NCBI GenBank assembly: GCA_045588105.1
Contig: JAZNDO010000108.1
Coordinates: forward strand, 15,881-79,880
Direction of reading: 5' to 3'
Length of the DNA stretch: 64,000 nt
From: Christensenellaceae bacterium
Lineage (GTDB): Bacteria; Bacillota; Clostridia; Christensenellales; Borkfalkiaceae
A program made the position numbers and the translations under genes. Under the pieces are notes generated by a model. The model searched no databases, was not told the origin of the DNA, and saw nothing but the letters and a program-made list of their open reading frames with translations. Positions 16,440 to 26,026 of the stretch are shown here, in pieces; positions within the stretch are counted from its first letter, which is position 1, and the number at the start of each line of letters is the position of its first letter.

Positions 16440-18026
16440 ATGAAAAATGCAGTAATTTATGCTAGATATTCTAGCGACAAACAAACCGACCAGTCTATTG
16501 AAGGTCAACTTCGCGTATGTTATGATTACGCTGAAAAAAACAATATCAATGTTGTAAAAGTTTACGTCGATAGGGCTATGACGGGAACTAACGACCAAAG
16601 AGCCGACTTTCAACGAATGCTCTCTGATAGCGAAAAAGAAACGTTTTGGGATTTGGTTTTAGTTTACGCTATTGACCGTTTTGGTAGAAATTCTATTGAA
16701 ATCGCCGTTAATAAGCAACGGTTAAAGAAAAACAATAAAACGCTTATTTCAGCAACCCAAAGAACGTCTGAAAACATTGATGGCACGAAAAACCTTGACG
16801 GTATTTTACTTGAAAACGTTTATATAGGTTTAGCCGAATACTACTCTGCCGAACTTTCTCAAAAAGTTAAGCGTGGACTACTCCAAAATAGACTTAACGG
16901 CAAATTTTGTGGTGGACAACTTCTTTACGGATATAAGTTGGAAAATCAAAAAATTATAATAAATGAAGAGGAAGCACGTATAGTTCGTTATATATATAAG
17001 GAATATGCAAGCGGTATCCCTCTTAAAAAAATTATTTTATATTTAAAAGAAAAAGGTATTTATCACAAAGGCAAGTCGTTAAATTACAGTAAAATCTATC
17101 ATATCTTGCGTTCAAAAAGATATACTGGCATTTGCGAAATAAACGGTGAAACTTACACGAATATTTATCCGCAAATTATTCCAAATTCGCTTTATGAAGA
17201 CGTACAATTAGTTTTGAAAGCAAATAATCTTGGTAGTCATAGCACTGCGGTAACATATATCCTTAGGGGCAAGTTAATATGTGGCGTATGCAAGGGACAC
17301 GTAAACGCAGAATGTGGAACGTCTAGAAACGGAAACGTTATACGGTATTACAAATGTATGAATAGAAAAAAGAAACTTGCAACGTGCGATAGTAAAGCAA
17401 TACCGAAAGAAAAACTTGAAGATTTAGTATTTAAAACTACAAAAGAAGTCTTGTTTAACAACGAAAATTTAGAAATAATCGCTAAAGCAATATTAGAAAG
17501 GCTTGAAAAAAATAACTCTGGCAATTCAATTTTAACAACACTAGCGAAAGAAAAAGTAGAAATTAGCGGATATATTTCAAATGTAATGAGCGCTATTGAA
17601 CAAGGAATTATTACTAGTTCTACAAAACAACGACTTAGCGAATTAGAAGAACGCTTGTCTAAAGTCGAAGACTCTATCGCCGTAGAAACTATGAAAATGA
17701 AAAATCAACTCACTGTCGAAAAAATAAAAGAATATTTTCTTTCAGGTAGCAGTAAAACTTTTTATAGAATTGCACGGAAATATATTGATAAAATTATCAT
17801 CTATGATAAAAAGATTGAAATTTACTATAATTTTGGACAAAGAAAAAACCCCGATTCAAAAAATCGGGATTTTTTTGAGCCTAGTGGTTCGACTAGGACT
17901 GACATGGTGCCGCTGGTCGGGGTCGAACCGACACGGTATCGCTACCACAGGATTTTGAGTCCAGCGCGTCTGCCAATTCCACCACAGCGGCGTTTTTTGT
18001 TTTTATTACGCTTGATTTTTAACTGA
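16440..18026 (+). CDS. Large serine recombinase (resolvase catalytic domain, recombinase domain, zinc ribbon, coiled coil). The 3' end is anomalous.
   Basis: AAGGAG RBS. N-terminus is MKNAVIYARYSSDKQTDQSIEGQ (catalytic Ser motif) followed by VYAIDRFGRN. The Cys cluster CGVCKGH...YYKCMNRKKKLATC is the zinc ribbon. The tail KIIIYDKKIEIYYNFG looks like a normal LSR C-terminus, yet the frame stays open for about 58 more codons through a terminator and the antisense of tRNA-Leu. Confidence 0.85.
   Translation: MKNAVIYARYSSDKQTDQSIEGQLRVCYDYAEKNNINVVKVYVDRAMTGTNDQRADFQRMLSDSEKETFWDLVLVYAIDRFGRNSIEIAVNKQRLKKNNKTLISATQRTSENIDGTKNLDGILLENVYIGLAEYYSAELSQKVKRGLLQNRLNGKFCGGQLLYGYKLENQKIIINEEEARIVRYIYKEYASGIPLKKIILYLKEKGIYHKGKSLNYSKIYHILRSKRYTGICEINGETYTNIYPQIIPNSLYEDVQLVLKANNLGSHSTAVTYILRGKLICGVCKGHVNAECGTSRNGNVIRYYKCMNRKKKLATCDSKAIPKEKLEDLVFKTTKEVLFNNENLEIIAKAILERLEKNNSGNSILTTLAKEKVEISGYISNVMSAIEQGIITSSTKQRLSELEERLSKVEDSIAVETMKMKNQLTVEKIKEYFLSGSSKTFYRIARKYIDKIIIYDKKIEIYYNFGQRKNPDSKNRDFFEPSGSTRTDMVPLVGVEPTRYRYHRILSPARLPIPPQRRFLFLLRLIFN
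17843..17877. terminator. Bidirectional intrinsic terminator (serves tRNA-Leu on the minus strand; lies inside the recombinase ORF on the plus strand).
   Basis: CCCGATT (17850-17856) pairs with AATCGGG (17862-17868). An A-run lies on the left and T7 on the right, so a U-tract follows the hairpin on either strand. Confidence 0.7.
17905..17991 (-). tRNA. tRNA-Leu (anticodon CAA), type II with a long variable arm and an encoded CCA.
   Basis: Folded by hand. Acceptor GCCGCTG/CAGCGGC. D-arm GTG-GAATTGGCAGA-CGC. Anticodon loop CTCAAAA. Variable arm GGTA-GCGA-TACC. T-arm GTCGG-TTCGACC-CCGAC. It ends in ACCA. Confidence 0.9.
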
Positions 18027-18125
18027 AAATGTGTAATAATAGTTAAAAACGCAGATCGCTTAATTATAATATCACATACTTTTTAAAAAATCAAGGGTTT
18101 TTACGCCCTTATTTAAGGAAATTTT

Positions 18126-20681
18126 ATGAACGGACTTATTTTAATTGACGGAAACAGCTTAATAAACAGAGCCTTTTACGCAACCCCACCTCTTTCGACA
18201 AAGGACGGTAAGCCAACCAACGCGGTTTACGCCTTTATTAATATGCTTGTAAAAATCATAGGCGACATTAATCCTAAGCATATTTTGGTTGCTTTTGACA
18301 GAAAAGAGCCTACCTTCCGTCACGGAATGTACTCCGAATATAAAGGCACGCGCAAGCCTATGCCCGAGGACTTAAGACCTCAAATCGACCTTTTAAAGGA
18401 CGTTTTGGACGTTTTGGGTATTTCAAGATACGAAAAGCCCTCGATTGAGGCGGACGATATTATAGGCAGCGCGTCAAAAAAATTCAATGAAAATACTGTT
18501 ATTATTACGGGCGATAAGGATAGCTTTCAGCTTGTAGACGAGACTACCTCAGTTTATTTTACAAGAAAGGGAATCAGTGAGCTTGAGGTTTATTCCAACG
18601 AGAATTTTACCGAAAAAACAGGGATTTCTCCCCTTCAGATTATAGACCTTAAAAGCATGATGGGCGACAGCTCAGACAATATTCCCGGTATTGCCGGAGT
18701 CGGCGAAAAAACCGCCCTTTCTCTCGTGCAGACCTACGGCTCGCTTGAAAATCTTTATGAAAACATAGGTGAGCTTAAGGGTAAGCTTAAAGAAAAGGTT
18801 GAGAATTCTAAGGAGCTTGCATTTTTATCAAAAACACTCGCAACAATAAAAACCGACGTTGAATTACCCTTTGAATTGGACGATTTGACATTTGAATTTC
18901 CTTTTTCTAAAAAGGCAAGGGCTTTATTCGTTGCCTTAGAGCTTAAAAACTTGCTTAAAAAGGAATCGCTTTTCAAAAATGACGGCGACGAGCAGGTTTC
19001 TTTTGAAACGGGTGAAAGACCTATCCCCGAAATTGAAGAAATCAAGGCAAAAGAAGGCTTGCCTAAATTCAACTCCCCTATATCCTTGTTTATTAAAGAG
19101 CATTTACATCTTTACGACGGCAAAAAGGAATACAAAATTTGCCTTAGAGAAAGCTTTTTTGACGAGGGATTCGACTATGAAGTGGGTATAAAGCTTTTAA
19201 AGCCTATTTTTGAAAACCCCTCGCAAAAGCTGATTGTTTTTGGCAAAAAGAACCTTAAAACCGAGCTTTTTAAGCTTGGCGTCAGCTTAAACGCAGACTG
19301 CGAGGACGTGGTTATTCAAAAATACCTCGCCGACTTTTCGGGCAGGGAGGAAACGCTTTTAGAGGTCATTGAGGAATATTCTCTCCCCTTGGACAGACCT
19401 GCTTTTTCTCTTTGGATGATTTTTGAAAAGCTCAGCGAAAAGCTCAAGCAAGAGAATATGACTAACCTTTATAAGGACCTTGAGCTTCCGCTTGCAGACG
19501 TTTTGTTTGAAATGGAGAGAAACGGCTTTAAAATTGACGTCGCCGCGCTCAAGGAAACGACTTTAAAATACGAGAAGATTATAGCCGAAATGCTTGATAA
19601 AATTCAAGCCCTGGCAGGCACGCAGGTAAATCCCAACAGTCCCAAGCAATTAGGCTCTGTGTTATTTGAAAAATTGGGCTTAAAAGCAGGCAAAAAGACT
19701 AAAAGCGGATATTCTACCAACGCCGAGGTCTTGGAAGCAATTGCCGACCAACACGAAATAGTTCCGCTGATTTTAAGATACAGACAGGTGCAAAAGCTGT
19801 ATTCAACCTACTTAAAGGGCTTTGCTCCGCTTATCGACAGCCGTACGGGGCTTATTCACACTTGCTTTAACCAAACGCTCACGACTACGGGCAGACTTTC
19901 CTCAAAAGAGCCTAATTTACAAAATATTCCTGTAAGAGACGATGAAGGAAGAGAGCTCAGAAAGCTATTTATTCCATCCTTTGAAAACGGAAAAATCGTA
20001 GGCGCAGACTACTCTCAAATCGAGCTTAGACTGCTCGCGCATTTCAGTCAGTGCGAGCCGCTCGTAAACGCATTTAACAGCGGAGAGGATATTCACACCT
20101 TAACCGCCTCGCAGGTTTTCGGCGTTGCCATAAGCGAGGTCACACCTCAGATGAGAAGAAGCGCAAAAGCGGTAAATTTCGGTATAATTTACGGCATTTC
20201 AGACTTCGGCTTGGCTACTCAGCTTAAAATATCCAACAAGCGCGCAGGCGAATATATTAAAAAATATTTTGAAATGTACCCCAAGGTTAAGGAATATATG
20301 GACTCAAACGTAACCTTTGCAAGGAAAAACGGCTACGTTGAAACCTTGCTTGGAAGAAAGAGATATATTCGTGAAATCAATTCGCCCAACTACAATTTAC
20401 GCAGCTTTGGCGAGCGCGCGGCAATGAACATGCCTCTTCAGGGCACAGCGGCTGACGTAATAAAGCTCGCAATGCTCGGCGTTGCTAAAAAAATCAAAGA
20501 AAAGGGGTTAAAATCAAAGCTCATTTTGCAGGTGCACGACGAGCTTATCGTAGACGCGCATCCGGACGAGATTGAAGATGTAAAATCAATTTTACAAACG
20601 GAGATGCAGTCAACCGTTAAGCTTTCCGTTCCGCTTGACGCCGAGGCAAAGGTCGGCGAGCGTTGGTTTGACGCAAAATAG
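18126..20681 (+). CDS. polA: DNA polymerase I.
   Basis: 851 aa. The 5' nuclease N-terminus is LILIDGNSLINRAFYA...GDKDSFQL. Pol A motifs are DYSQIELRLLAH, RRSAKAVNFGIIYG and QVHDELIV. Confidence 0.95.
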   Translation: MNGLILIDGNSLINRAFYATPPLSTKDGKPTNAVYAFINMLVKIIGDINPKHILVAFDRKEPTFRHGMYSEYKGTRKPMPEDLRPQIDLLKDVLDVLGISRYEKPSIEADDIIGSASKKFNENTVIITGDKDSFQLVDETTSVYFTRKGISELEVYSNENFTEKTGISPLQIIDLKSMMGDSSDNIPGIAGVGEKTALSLVQTYGSLENLYENIGELKGKLKEKVENSKELAFLSKTLATIKTDVELPFELDDLTFEFPFSKKARALFVALELKNLLKKESLFKNDGDEQVSFETGERPIPEIEEIKAKEGLPKFNSPISLFIKEHLHLYDGKKEYKICLRESFFDEGFDYEVGIKLLKPIFENPSQKLIVFGKKNLKTELFKLGVSLNADCEDVVIQKYLADFSGREETLLEVIEEYSLPLDRPAFSLWMIFEKLSEKLKQENMTNLYKDLELPLADVLFEMERNGFKIDVAALKETTLKYEKIIAEMLDKIQALAGTQVNPNSPKQLGSVLFEKLGLKAGKKTKSGYSTNAEVLEAIADQHEIVPLILRYRQVQKLYSTYLKGFAPLIDSRTGLIHTCFNQTLTTTGRLSSKEPNLQNIPVRDDEGRELRKLFIPSFENGKIVGADYSQIELRLLAHFSQCEPLVNAFNSGEDIHTLTASQVFGVAISEVTPQMRRSAKAVNFGIIYGISDFGLATQLKISNKRAGEYIKKYFEMYPKVKEYMDSNVTFARKNGYVETLLGRKRYIREINSPNYNLRSFGERAAMNMPLQGTAADVIKLAMLGVAKKIKEKGLKSKLILQVHDELIVDAHPDEIEDVKSILQTEMQSTVKLSVPLDAEAKVGERWFDAK

Positions 20682-20684
20682 CCT

Positions 20685-21275
20685 ATGAATAAAATAATTG
20701 CGATAACGGGCGGAATTGGCTCAGGCAAGTCCACCGCTCTGAAAATAATAGAAAAGTGGGGCTATAAGTCGTTTAGCGCGGATAAAACTTATAAAGAGCT
20801 TCTTGAAGAGGAGTCGTTTATAAGGGAGGTTTCCTCAGCAATGGGTATTGCCCCCATTGTCCAAAACGGGCGTTTATCCTTAGATAAAAGCGAAATTTCA
20901 AGGCTTGCTTTTAACGATAAAGCAAGCCTTGAAAGATTAAATTCAATAACCCACCCAAAAATTATGAGCGCGATGCTTGAAAATGCAAAAGCCTGCGATG
21001 GGTTAGCATTTTGCGAGGTTCCGCTTTTATTTGAAGGGGGCTTTGAAAAGCTTTTCGACTGTATTTTTATCATTATGAGAAGGGATGAAAAAAGGTTTTT
21101 TGACGCATCCGTTCGCGACGGAAAATCAGTTGAGCAAATTAAGCAAATTGCAAAAAATCAATTTGATTATGCAAAAATAACGGAAAACGCGCATACTTTT
21201 ATTATATATAACGACGGTGACGAAATCGCCTTAGCGGAGAAAATAAGGGTTGCGATTGACAAAATTAAAGCTTAA
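20685..21275 (+). CDS. coaE: Dephospho-CoA kinase.
   Basis: P-loop IAITGGIGSGKST at the N-terminus, about 196 aa. Position downstream of polA is typical for Firmicutes. Confidence 0.9.
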   Translation: MNKIIAITGGIGSGKSTALKIIEKWGYKSFSADKTYKELLEEESFIREVSSAMGIAPIVQNGRLSLDKSEISRLAFNDKASLERLNSITHPKIMSAMLENAKACDGLAFCEVPLLFEGGFEKLFDCIFIIMRRDEKRFFDASVRDGKSVEQIKQIAKNQFDYAKITENAHTFIIYNDGDEIALAEKIRVAIDKIKA

Positions 21276-21792
21276 AATTTTAATATCCGTATGTATAGCG
21301 TGCATTTTTGCGGTTGCTTCGGCCGTGGGGGTGCGCGTTCTTTTTCCTCGCAAATATTATAATGAAATCACTTCGGTTTGCGAGCAAACGAATATCCCAA
21401 CCGATTTAGTGCTTGCAATCGTTAAGGCAGAAAGCTCGTTTGATAAATATAAGGTCTCGCCAAAGGGCGCTATTGGGCTTATGCAAATTATGCCCGAAAC
21501 AGCAGAATACGTATCCGAGCTGTTTTTTGCAGGCGAAGACTTTGACCTGTATGACGAAAAGCAAAATATTCTGATAGGGGTGACTTATCTCGTCTATCTT
21601 TTCAAAAAATTTGAGGACAAAAAAACCGCCCTCGCCGCATATAACGCAGGGGAAGGACGGGTTTACGAGTGGCTCAAAAACCAAAATTATTCAAGTGACG
21701 GAAAAGATCTTAACACTATACCCTTTAAAGAAACGGATAATTACGTAAAAAGAGTGTTATCCTACCAAAGATTTTATAATTTTATATATTAA
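21250..21792 (+). CDS. Membrane-anchored lytic transglycosylase (SLT domain).
   Basis: TTG start with a GGAGAA RBS, then an N-terminal TM helix. AIVKAESSFDKYKVSPKGAIGLMQIMPETA carries the catalytic Glu and the GLMQ motif, and AYNAGEG is present. It overlaps the end of coaE. Confidence 0.8.
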   Translation: MRLTKLKLKILISVCIACIFAVASAVGVRVLFPRKYYNEITSVCEQTNIPTDLVLAIVKAESSFDKYKVSPKGAIGLMQIMPETAEYVSELFFAGEDFDLYDEKQNILIGVTYLVYLFKKFEDKKTALAAYNAGEGRVYEWLKNQNYSSDGKDLNTIPFKETDNYVKRVLSYQRFYNFIY

Positions 21793-21794
21793 CC

Positions 21795-23534
21795 TTATTT
21801 ATCAACAGCTTTACTGAACGCCGAGTATATCTTGGCGTTTATTTCTTTTATCTTGTCAGCGTCAAATTTCAATATTCTGTCGTAGGTATAAAGTCCGTTC
21901 ACCTCGTCTTCTACGTCGCTGAGCTGAGTATATACCGTTGCAGACAAAAGCTCGTCCTCAACGAGAGGAACAACCTCGTTTAAATACAAGCCTTCGTAGG
22001 CCTTTTGAAGTCGATTTTTGTCGTTAAACGACTTATAGCCGAACTTTTTATCGGTAAACACGTGGTTTTCAACCGTGTGTGAATACCCACCGAACTCAGT
22101 TAAAGCAAGTATTCGCTTACCGTCGTTTTTCATTTTAAGCTTTCTGAAATATATATGCTTACTCGTAAGGTCGCCACCGCCTACGTCTTGCCAACCGCTC
22201 GCGTGGTCGTAAAGCCTTGTCGGGTCGTATTGGGATAGCATCCGCCAGGTTTCGTATGCAGAGAACTGCCCCCAAGCCTCGTTAAACGGAGTCCAAAGAC
22301 ATATCGAAACGGCATTGTAATGCGTGTCGATAAGCCCCACGGCTTCTTCATAATAAAACAACCTTGACCTTGGGTTACCTCTCTTTCTTCTCTTAAAATT
22401 TTTATCGTTAAGGCGCAAATTCAAAAACGGACAAAGAACGATTTGCATCATTGAATATTTATCCCCACCGTTTATCATATCCTGCCAAACCAAAACGCCT
22501 AAAATATCGCAGTAGTAATACCACAAATACGGCTCTATTTTAATATGCTTTCTCAGCATATTAAAGCCCAAATCCTTAATGCCTTTAATTTCGTTATAAT
22601 AAACCTCGTTAGATTTTGGAGTGTAAATTCCGTCGTGGAAATACCCTTGGTCTAAAAGACCGTTATGAAAAATAGGCTTGCCGTTTAAGCCAAAGCATTT
22701 TTTACCGTTTATATCAAGCGAAGAAAACTCTCTCATTCCGAAATAACTCTCGACCTCGTCTTCTCCGCACTTAAAATACACTTTATATAGCTCAGGGTTA
22801 TCTGTCGTCCACAGCTTTGGGTTTGAAAGCCTTGCTATAAGTTGATTATCGCATATATTATCATATGAACATACGACCTCTTCACCGTCTTTTACAACGA
22901 CCGACACAAGGCTATTCCCAACCTTTTCAAACTCAAATTTTACAGTTGAATCTTTAAGGCAAGGAGTTATTTTAACTCGTTTGAGATACTCGTTTGGCGT
23001 ACTTTCAAGCCATACAGATTGCCATATACCGCTCGTTGCGGTATACCAAATGCCCCCTCTTTTATATTTTTGCTTACCTCTGCCGTAGACGTCGGAATCT
23101 GCGTTATCAGTAACCAAAACGTACAATTCGTTTTCACCGTCTTTTATTTGAGAAGTAATTTCAAAGGTAAACGGAAGATAGCCGCCCAAGTGTCTGCCTA
23201 CAAATTTTCCGTTCAAGTAAACGGTTGCTACTTGGTCGACAGCGCCGAAGTTTATAAAGACTCTTCCCTTGTTAAAGCCTTCTTCTAAAACGAATTTGCG
23301 TTTATAATGCAAAAACTCATCTTTTTTTAGCTGTCTTTCAACTCCCGACAGCTTACTTTCGGGGCAAAACGGCACTAAAATTTCACTGCACAATTCCGAC
23401 AGCATTTGTTCGTCTTTGGTTATCGCGTAGTCCCATTTGCCGTTTAAGCAAAGGTAACTGCTTCTTTTAAACTGAGGTCTTGGATATTCTTCGTGAGGAA
23501 TTATTCCGCTACAAAAGCTTGGTGTAATTATCAT
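21795..23534 (-). CDS. Glycoside hydrolase family 2 (beta-galactosidase/beta-glucuronidase-like).
   Basis: 579 aa. WTPFNEAWG (acid/base region) and LTEFGG (nucleophile region). The N-terminal sugar-binding-like region contains GAVDQVATVYLNGKFVG. Confidence 0.75.
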   Translation of the reverse strand: MIITPSFCSGIIPHEEYPRPQFKRSSYLCLNGKWDYAITKDEQMLSELCSEILVPFCPESKLSGVERQLKKDEFLHYKRKFVLEEGFNKGRVFINFGAVDQVATVYLNGKFVGRHLGGYLPFTFEITSQIKDGENELYVLVTDNADSDVYGRGKQKYKRGGIWYTATSGIWQSVWLESTPNEYLKRVKITPCLKDSTVKFEFEKVGNSLVSVVVKDGEEVVCSYDNICDNQLIARLSNPKLWTTDNPELYKVYFKCGEDEVESYFGMREFSSLDINGKKCFGLNGKPIFHNGLLDQGYFHDGIYTPKSNEVYYNEIKGIKDLGFNMLRKHIKIEPYLWYYYCDILGVLVWQDMINGGDKYSMMQIVLCPFLNLRLNDKNFKRRKRGNPRSRLFYYEEAVGLIDTHYNAVSICLWTPFNEAWGQFSAYETWRMLSQYDPTRLYDHASGWQDVGGGDLTSKHIYFRKLKMKNDGKRILALTEFGGYSHTVENHVFTDKKFGYKSFNDKNRLQKAYEGLYLNEVVPLVEDELLSATVYTQLSDVEDEVNGLYTYDRILKFDADKIKEINAKIYSAFSKAVDK

Positions 23535-23644
23535 AATATTCTCCTATGCGAAAGTATATCATTTTTTAATTATATTTTTCAACCGTTTAAAGCTTTTATA
23601 TTATTTTTATTGACATTTTTAATATAAAATATTAAACTTTTATT

Positions 23645-24544
23645 ATGAAAGGAATAATTTTTACAAACGCGTACGTAAATACGGGCGATATAGCATTTCA
23701 ACCCGACAGATTAAAGCAGGAATTTGAAAATCTCGGTGTTGAAATCTGCGTTAAAGCAAACGACTTCTTTCCAATCAGAATTGAGGACGGAAAAATCGCT
23801 CACAGCCTTGATAAATACGACTTTTGCGTTTTTTTGGATAAGGATAAATACGTTTTAAAGGCGATTGAAAAGTGCGGTATACCCGTTTATAACGCCTACG
23901 AGCCAATAACCGTTTGCGACGACAAAATGCTAACCTTTTTAGAGCTTGCAAATAACGGTATTCCTATGCCAAAAACTTTGCCGGGACTTCTCTGCTTTGA
24001 CCAAAACGCAAAAATAAATGAAACAACGGTTGATACGGTAATACAAAATCTTGGACTTCCGGTTATCGTAAAGGAATGCTTCGGCTCGCTCGGTAAAGGC
24101 GTGCATCTTGCAAAAACCAAGGACGAGCTTTTTGAAATCTGCAATAAGGTAAAATCAAAGCCTCATCTGTTTCAAGAGTTTATACCGTCAAGCTACGGCA
24201 AGGACGTCAGAGTTATAGTCGTTGGCGACGAGGTCGTAGGAGCAATACTCAGAGCTTCTGACAGCGATTTCCGCTCTAATATATCGTCGGGGGGACACGG
24301 AGAAAAGTTTGAGCTTAGCCAAGAGCTAAAGGACCTTGCCTTAAAAATAACAAGGCTTCTCGGTTTAAAATACTGCGGAATGGACTTTCTATTTGGAAAA
24401 GACGGCGAATATTTGGTCTGCGAGGTCAATTCCAACGCATTTTTCAAGGGCTTTGAAAGGGTAACTGAAATAAACGTCGCTAAAAAATACGCTGAATTTA
24501 TTTTAAAGGATTTAAGTAAAAGCAACGGAGCAACGCATGAGTAA
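23645..24544 (+). CDS. ATP-grasp ligase, RimK-like.
   Basis: KECFGSLGKGVHLAKTKDEL, DVRVIVVGDEVVGAILR, SNISSGGHGE and GMDFLF...LVCEVNSN match the RimK/ATP-grasp pattern. Confidence 0.7.
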   Translation: MKGIIFTNAYVNTGDIAFQPDRLKQEFENLGVEICVKANDFFPIRIEDGKIAHSLDKYDFCVFLDKDKYVLKAIEKCGIPVYNAYEPITVCDDKMLTFLELANNGIPMPKTLPGLLCFDQNAKINETTVDTVIQNLGLPVIVKECFGSLGKGVHLAKTKDELFEICNKVKSKPHLFQEFIPSSYGKDVRVIVVGDEVVGAILRASDSDFRSNISSGGHGEKFELSQELKDLALKITRLLGLKYCGMDFLFGKDGEYLVCEVNSNAFFKGFERVTEINVAKKYAEFILKDLSKSNGATHE

Positions 24545-24580
24545 TTTTATAAGAAAGGTGTGACATTGCCTAAATAATAT

Positions 24581-24610
24581 AAAACGCGATACCAAACGGT
24601 ATCGCGTTTT
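24581..24610. terminator. Bidirectional terminator between convergent genes.
   Basis: AAAACGCGATACC-AAAC-GGTATCGCGTTTT is a perfect 13-bp inverted repeat (9-bp GC-containing core flanked by A4/T4) with A/T runs on both sides. Confidence 0.8.
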
Positions 24611-24618
24611 ATATTATT

Positions 24619-25911
24619 TTACTGTTTTTTCTTAGTGAACATTTTAAAAGCAATTAAAAGCCCAACGACTATAACAGCAACGACCAAGGCCGCCAAATAA
24701 ATATTTGCGTCAGGCAAAAATGATTCGGTTCCGTCGTCATTTACAATAGTTGGCGCATTTCTAAGCACTAATTTGCCTATCCAAGGGCCTATAACGCCTG
24801 GCAACAGAACCTGACAAATAATTCTCAAGCCTTGGAACATTCCGGCTTTATTTTCAGGTATCTTATCTCTTATAAGCGCGCCGAAAACTGCCATACCGGC
24901 AAGATATCCGCACATCATAAGCAGCGAACCGATAAACACGGGCGCAACGCTTTTGAAAACGAACAGCACCATATAGCCCAAAATAAGTATTGTCATTGAT
25001 AACACCGATGATTTTTCAAAGCCCCATTTATCGTAAAGTCTTCCGTAGAAAAAGGTGAATACCGAGGCTAAGATAATTGCAGGGGCCATTATTAAAACGT
25101 AATTTTCCATTTCTAAAGTGTATTCGTAATAAATTATAAGATACGGCATAAAAATTTGTATCGAAATTCCGAATACTGCAAAAATAATCAAGCCGAAATA
25201 TAAGCTTACGTTTTGCTTTATAACCGACGGCTTAAAGCCATAAAAAATATTTCTAAAATAAGAAGCGTTTTCCTCGGTTTTTACTGTCTCGTCCTCAATC
25301 AGAAAACAACCTGTAATACCTATTAATACGACGGTAACGCCTATAATTATATATATCGCAGTCCAGCTTGAAGCAAGGTTTAAATCAAAGGACATAAATC
25401 CTCCGAAAACAACGAGTATGGCAACTAAGGGCATCATAGAATTAATACCCTCCATTTTGCCCCTGTCTTCACTTGAAACGCTTTCAGTCAGCCATGCGTT
25501 AAAGCACGCGTCGTTCGCCGTCGAGCCGAAAAAGGTCATAACGCAGTCCATTATTATAACCAACGAAACACCTATAGAGCTTGCTGAAGCAACAGCTCCG
25601 AATATCCTGCCTATGACGTCCTTTCTGATAAACGCAAAGCTTAAAATGGTTATTCCCCAGATTATATAACCGCCGCAGATAAAAACCTTCCTTTTTCCTA
25701 TTTTGTCGGATAACGCGCCTATAAGCAGGGTTGTAAGCGTTGCCGTGACTGCGCTCAGCGACACCATTAAAGAAATATCGTCTACCGACGCGTTAAACAT
25801 TTTGTAGATAAATACGTTGAAATACATATTTTCCACAACCCACGCAACCTGACCTATCAAGCTGAATACAGCTAATACAATATAAAATTTTATACGTTTA
25901 TTTTTAGTCAT
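24619..25911 (-). CDS. MFS transporter.
   Basis: 430 aa with about 12 predicted hydrophobic helices. The loop GALSDKIGKRKVF between TM2 and TM3 is the MFS signature. Confidence 0.7.
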   Translation of the reverse strand: MTKNKRIKFYIVLAVFSLIGQVAWVVENMYFNVFIYKMFNASVDDISLMVSLSAVTATLTTLLIGALSDKIGKRKVFICGGYIIWGITILSFAFIRKDVIGRIFGAVASASSIGVSLVIIMDCVMTFFGSTANDACFNAWLTESVSSEDRGKMEGINSMMPLVAILVVFGGFMSFDLNLASSWTAIYIIIGVTVVLIGITGCFLIEDETVKTEENASYFRNIFYGFKPSVIKQNVSLYFGLIIFAVFGISIQIFMPYLIIYYEYTLEMENYVLIMAPAIILASVFTFFYGRLYDKWGFEKSSVLSMTILILGYMVLFVFKSVAPVFIGSLLMMCGYLAGMAVFGALIRDKIPENKAGMFQGLRIICQVLLPGVIGPWIGKLVLRNAPTIVNDDGTESFLPDANIYLAALVVAVIVVGLLIAFKMFTKKKQ

Positions 25912-26026
25912 AAATTACTTCCTATGTAAATTTATGCAGACAACGTAGGTAAGCCCCTCGATATCAAGCTCTTTTACTATAATTTTAACTCTTTAAAAAA
26001 ATATTAAACCTAAGTAAAGCTAAAGC

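Noticed and set aside
16398-16613. 71-aa minus-strand ORF overlapping the recombinase start.
   Set aside because: It is an antisense shadow in AT-rich sequence. It overlaps the well-supported recombinase N-terminus and its RBS, and it has no RBS of its own.
17881-17900. tRNA-like T-arm hairpin CCTAGT-GGTTCGA-CTAGG next to tRNA-Leu: a possible second tRNA or att remnant.
   Set aside because: Only a single stem-loop is present. No acceptor, D or anticodon arms can be built from the flanking sequence. It also does not match the T-arm of the adjacent tRNA-Leu.
16220-18084. 11-bp direct repeat ACATACTTTTT (16220-16230 and 18074-18084) bracketing the recombinase plus tRNA-Leu, as candidate element ends.
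   Set aside because: Serine recombinases do not create long target duplications, because the crossover core is 2 bp. The match is short and AT-rich, in AT-rich DNA. No cargo genes lie between the copies other than the recombinase and the tRNA. I cannot support it without comparative data.
14386-18100. Intact prophage, ICE or transposon.
   Set aside because: Apart from the serine recombinase there are no phage, conjugation, replication or transposase genes. Only two mini-ORFs and a broken AraC gene are present. At most this is a remnant or an island boundary.
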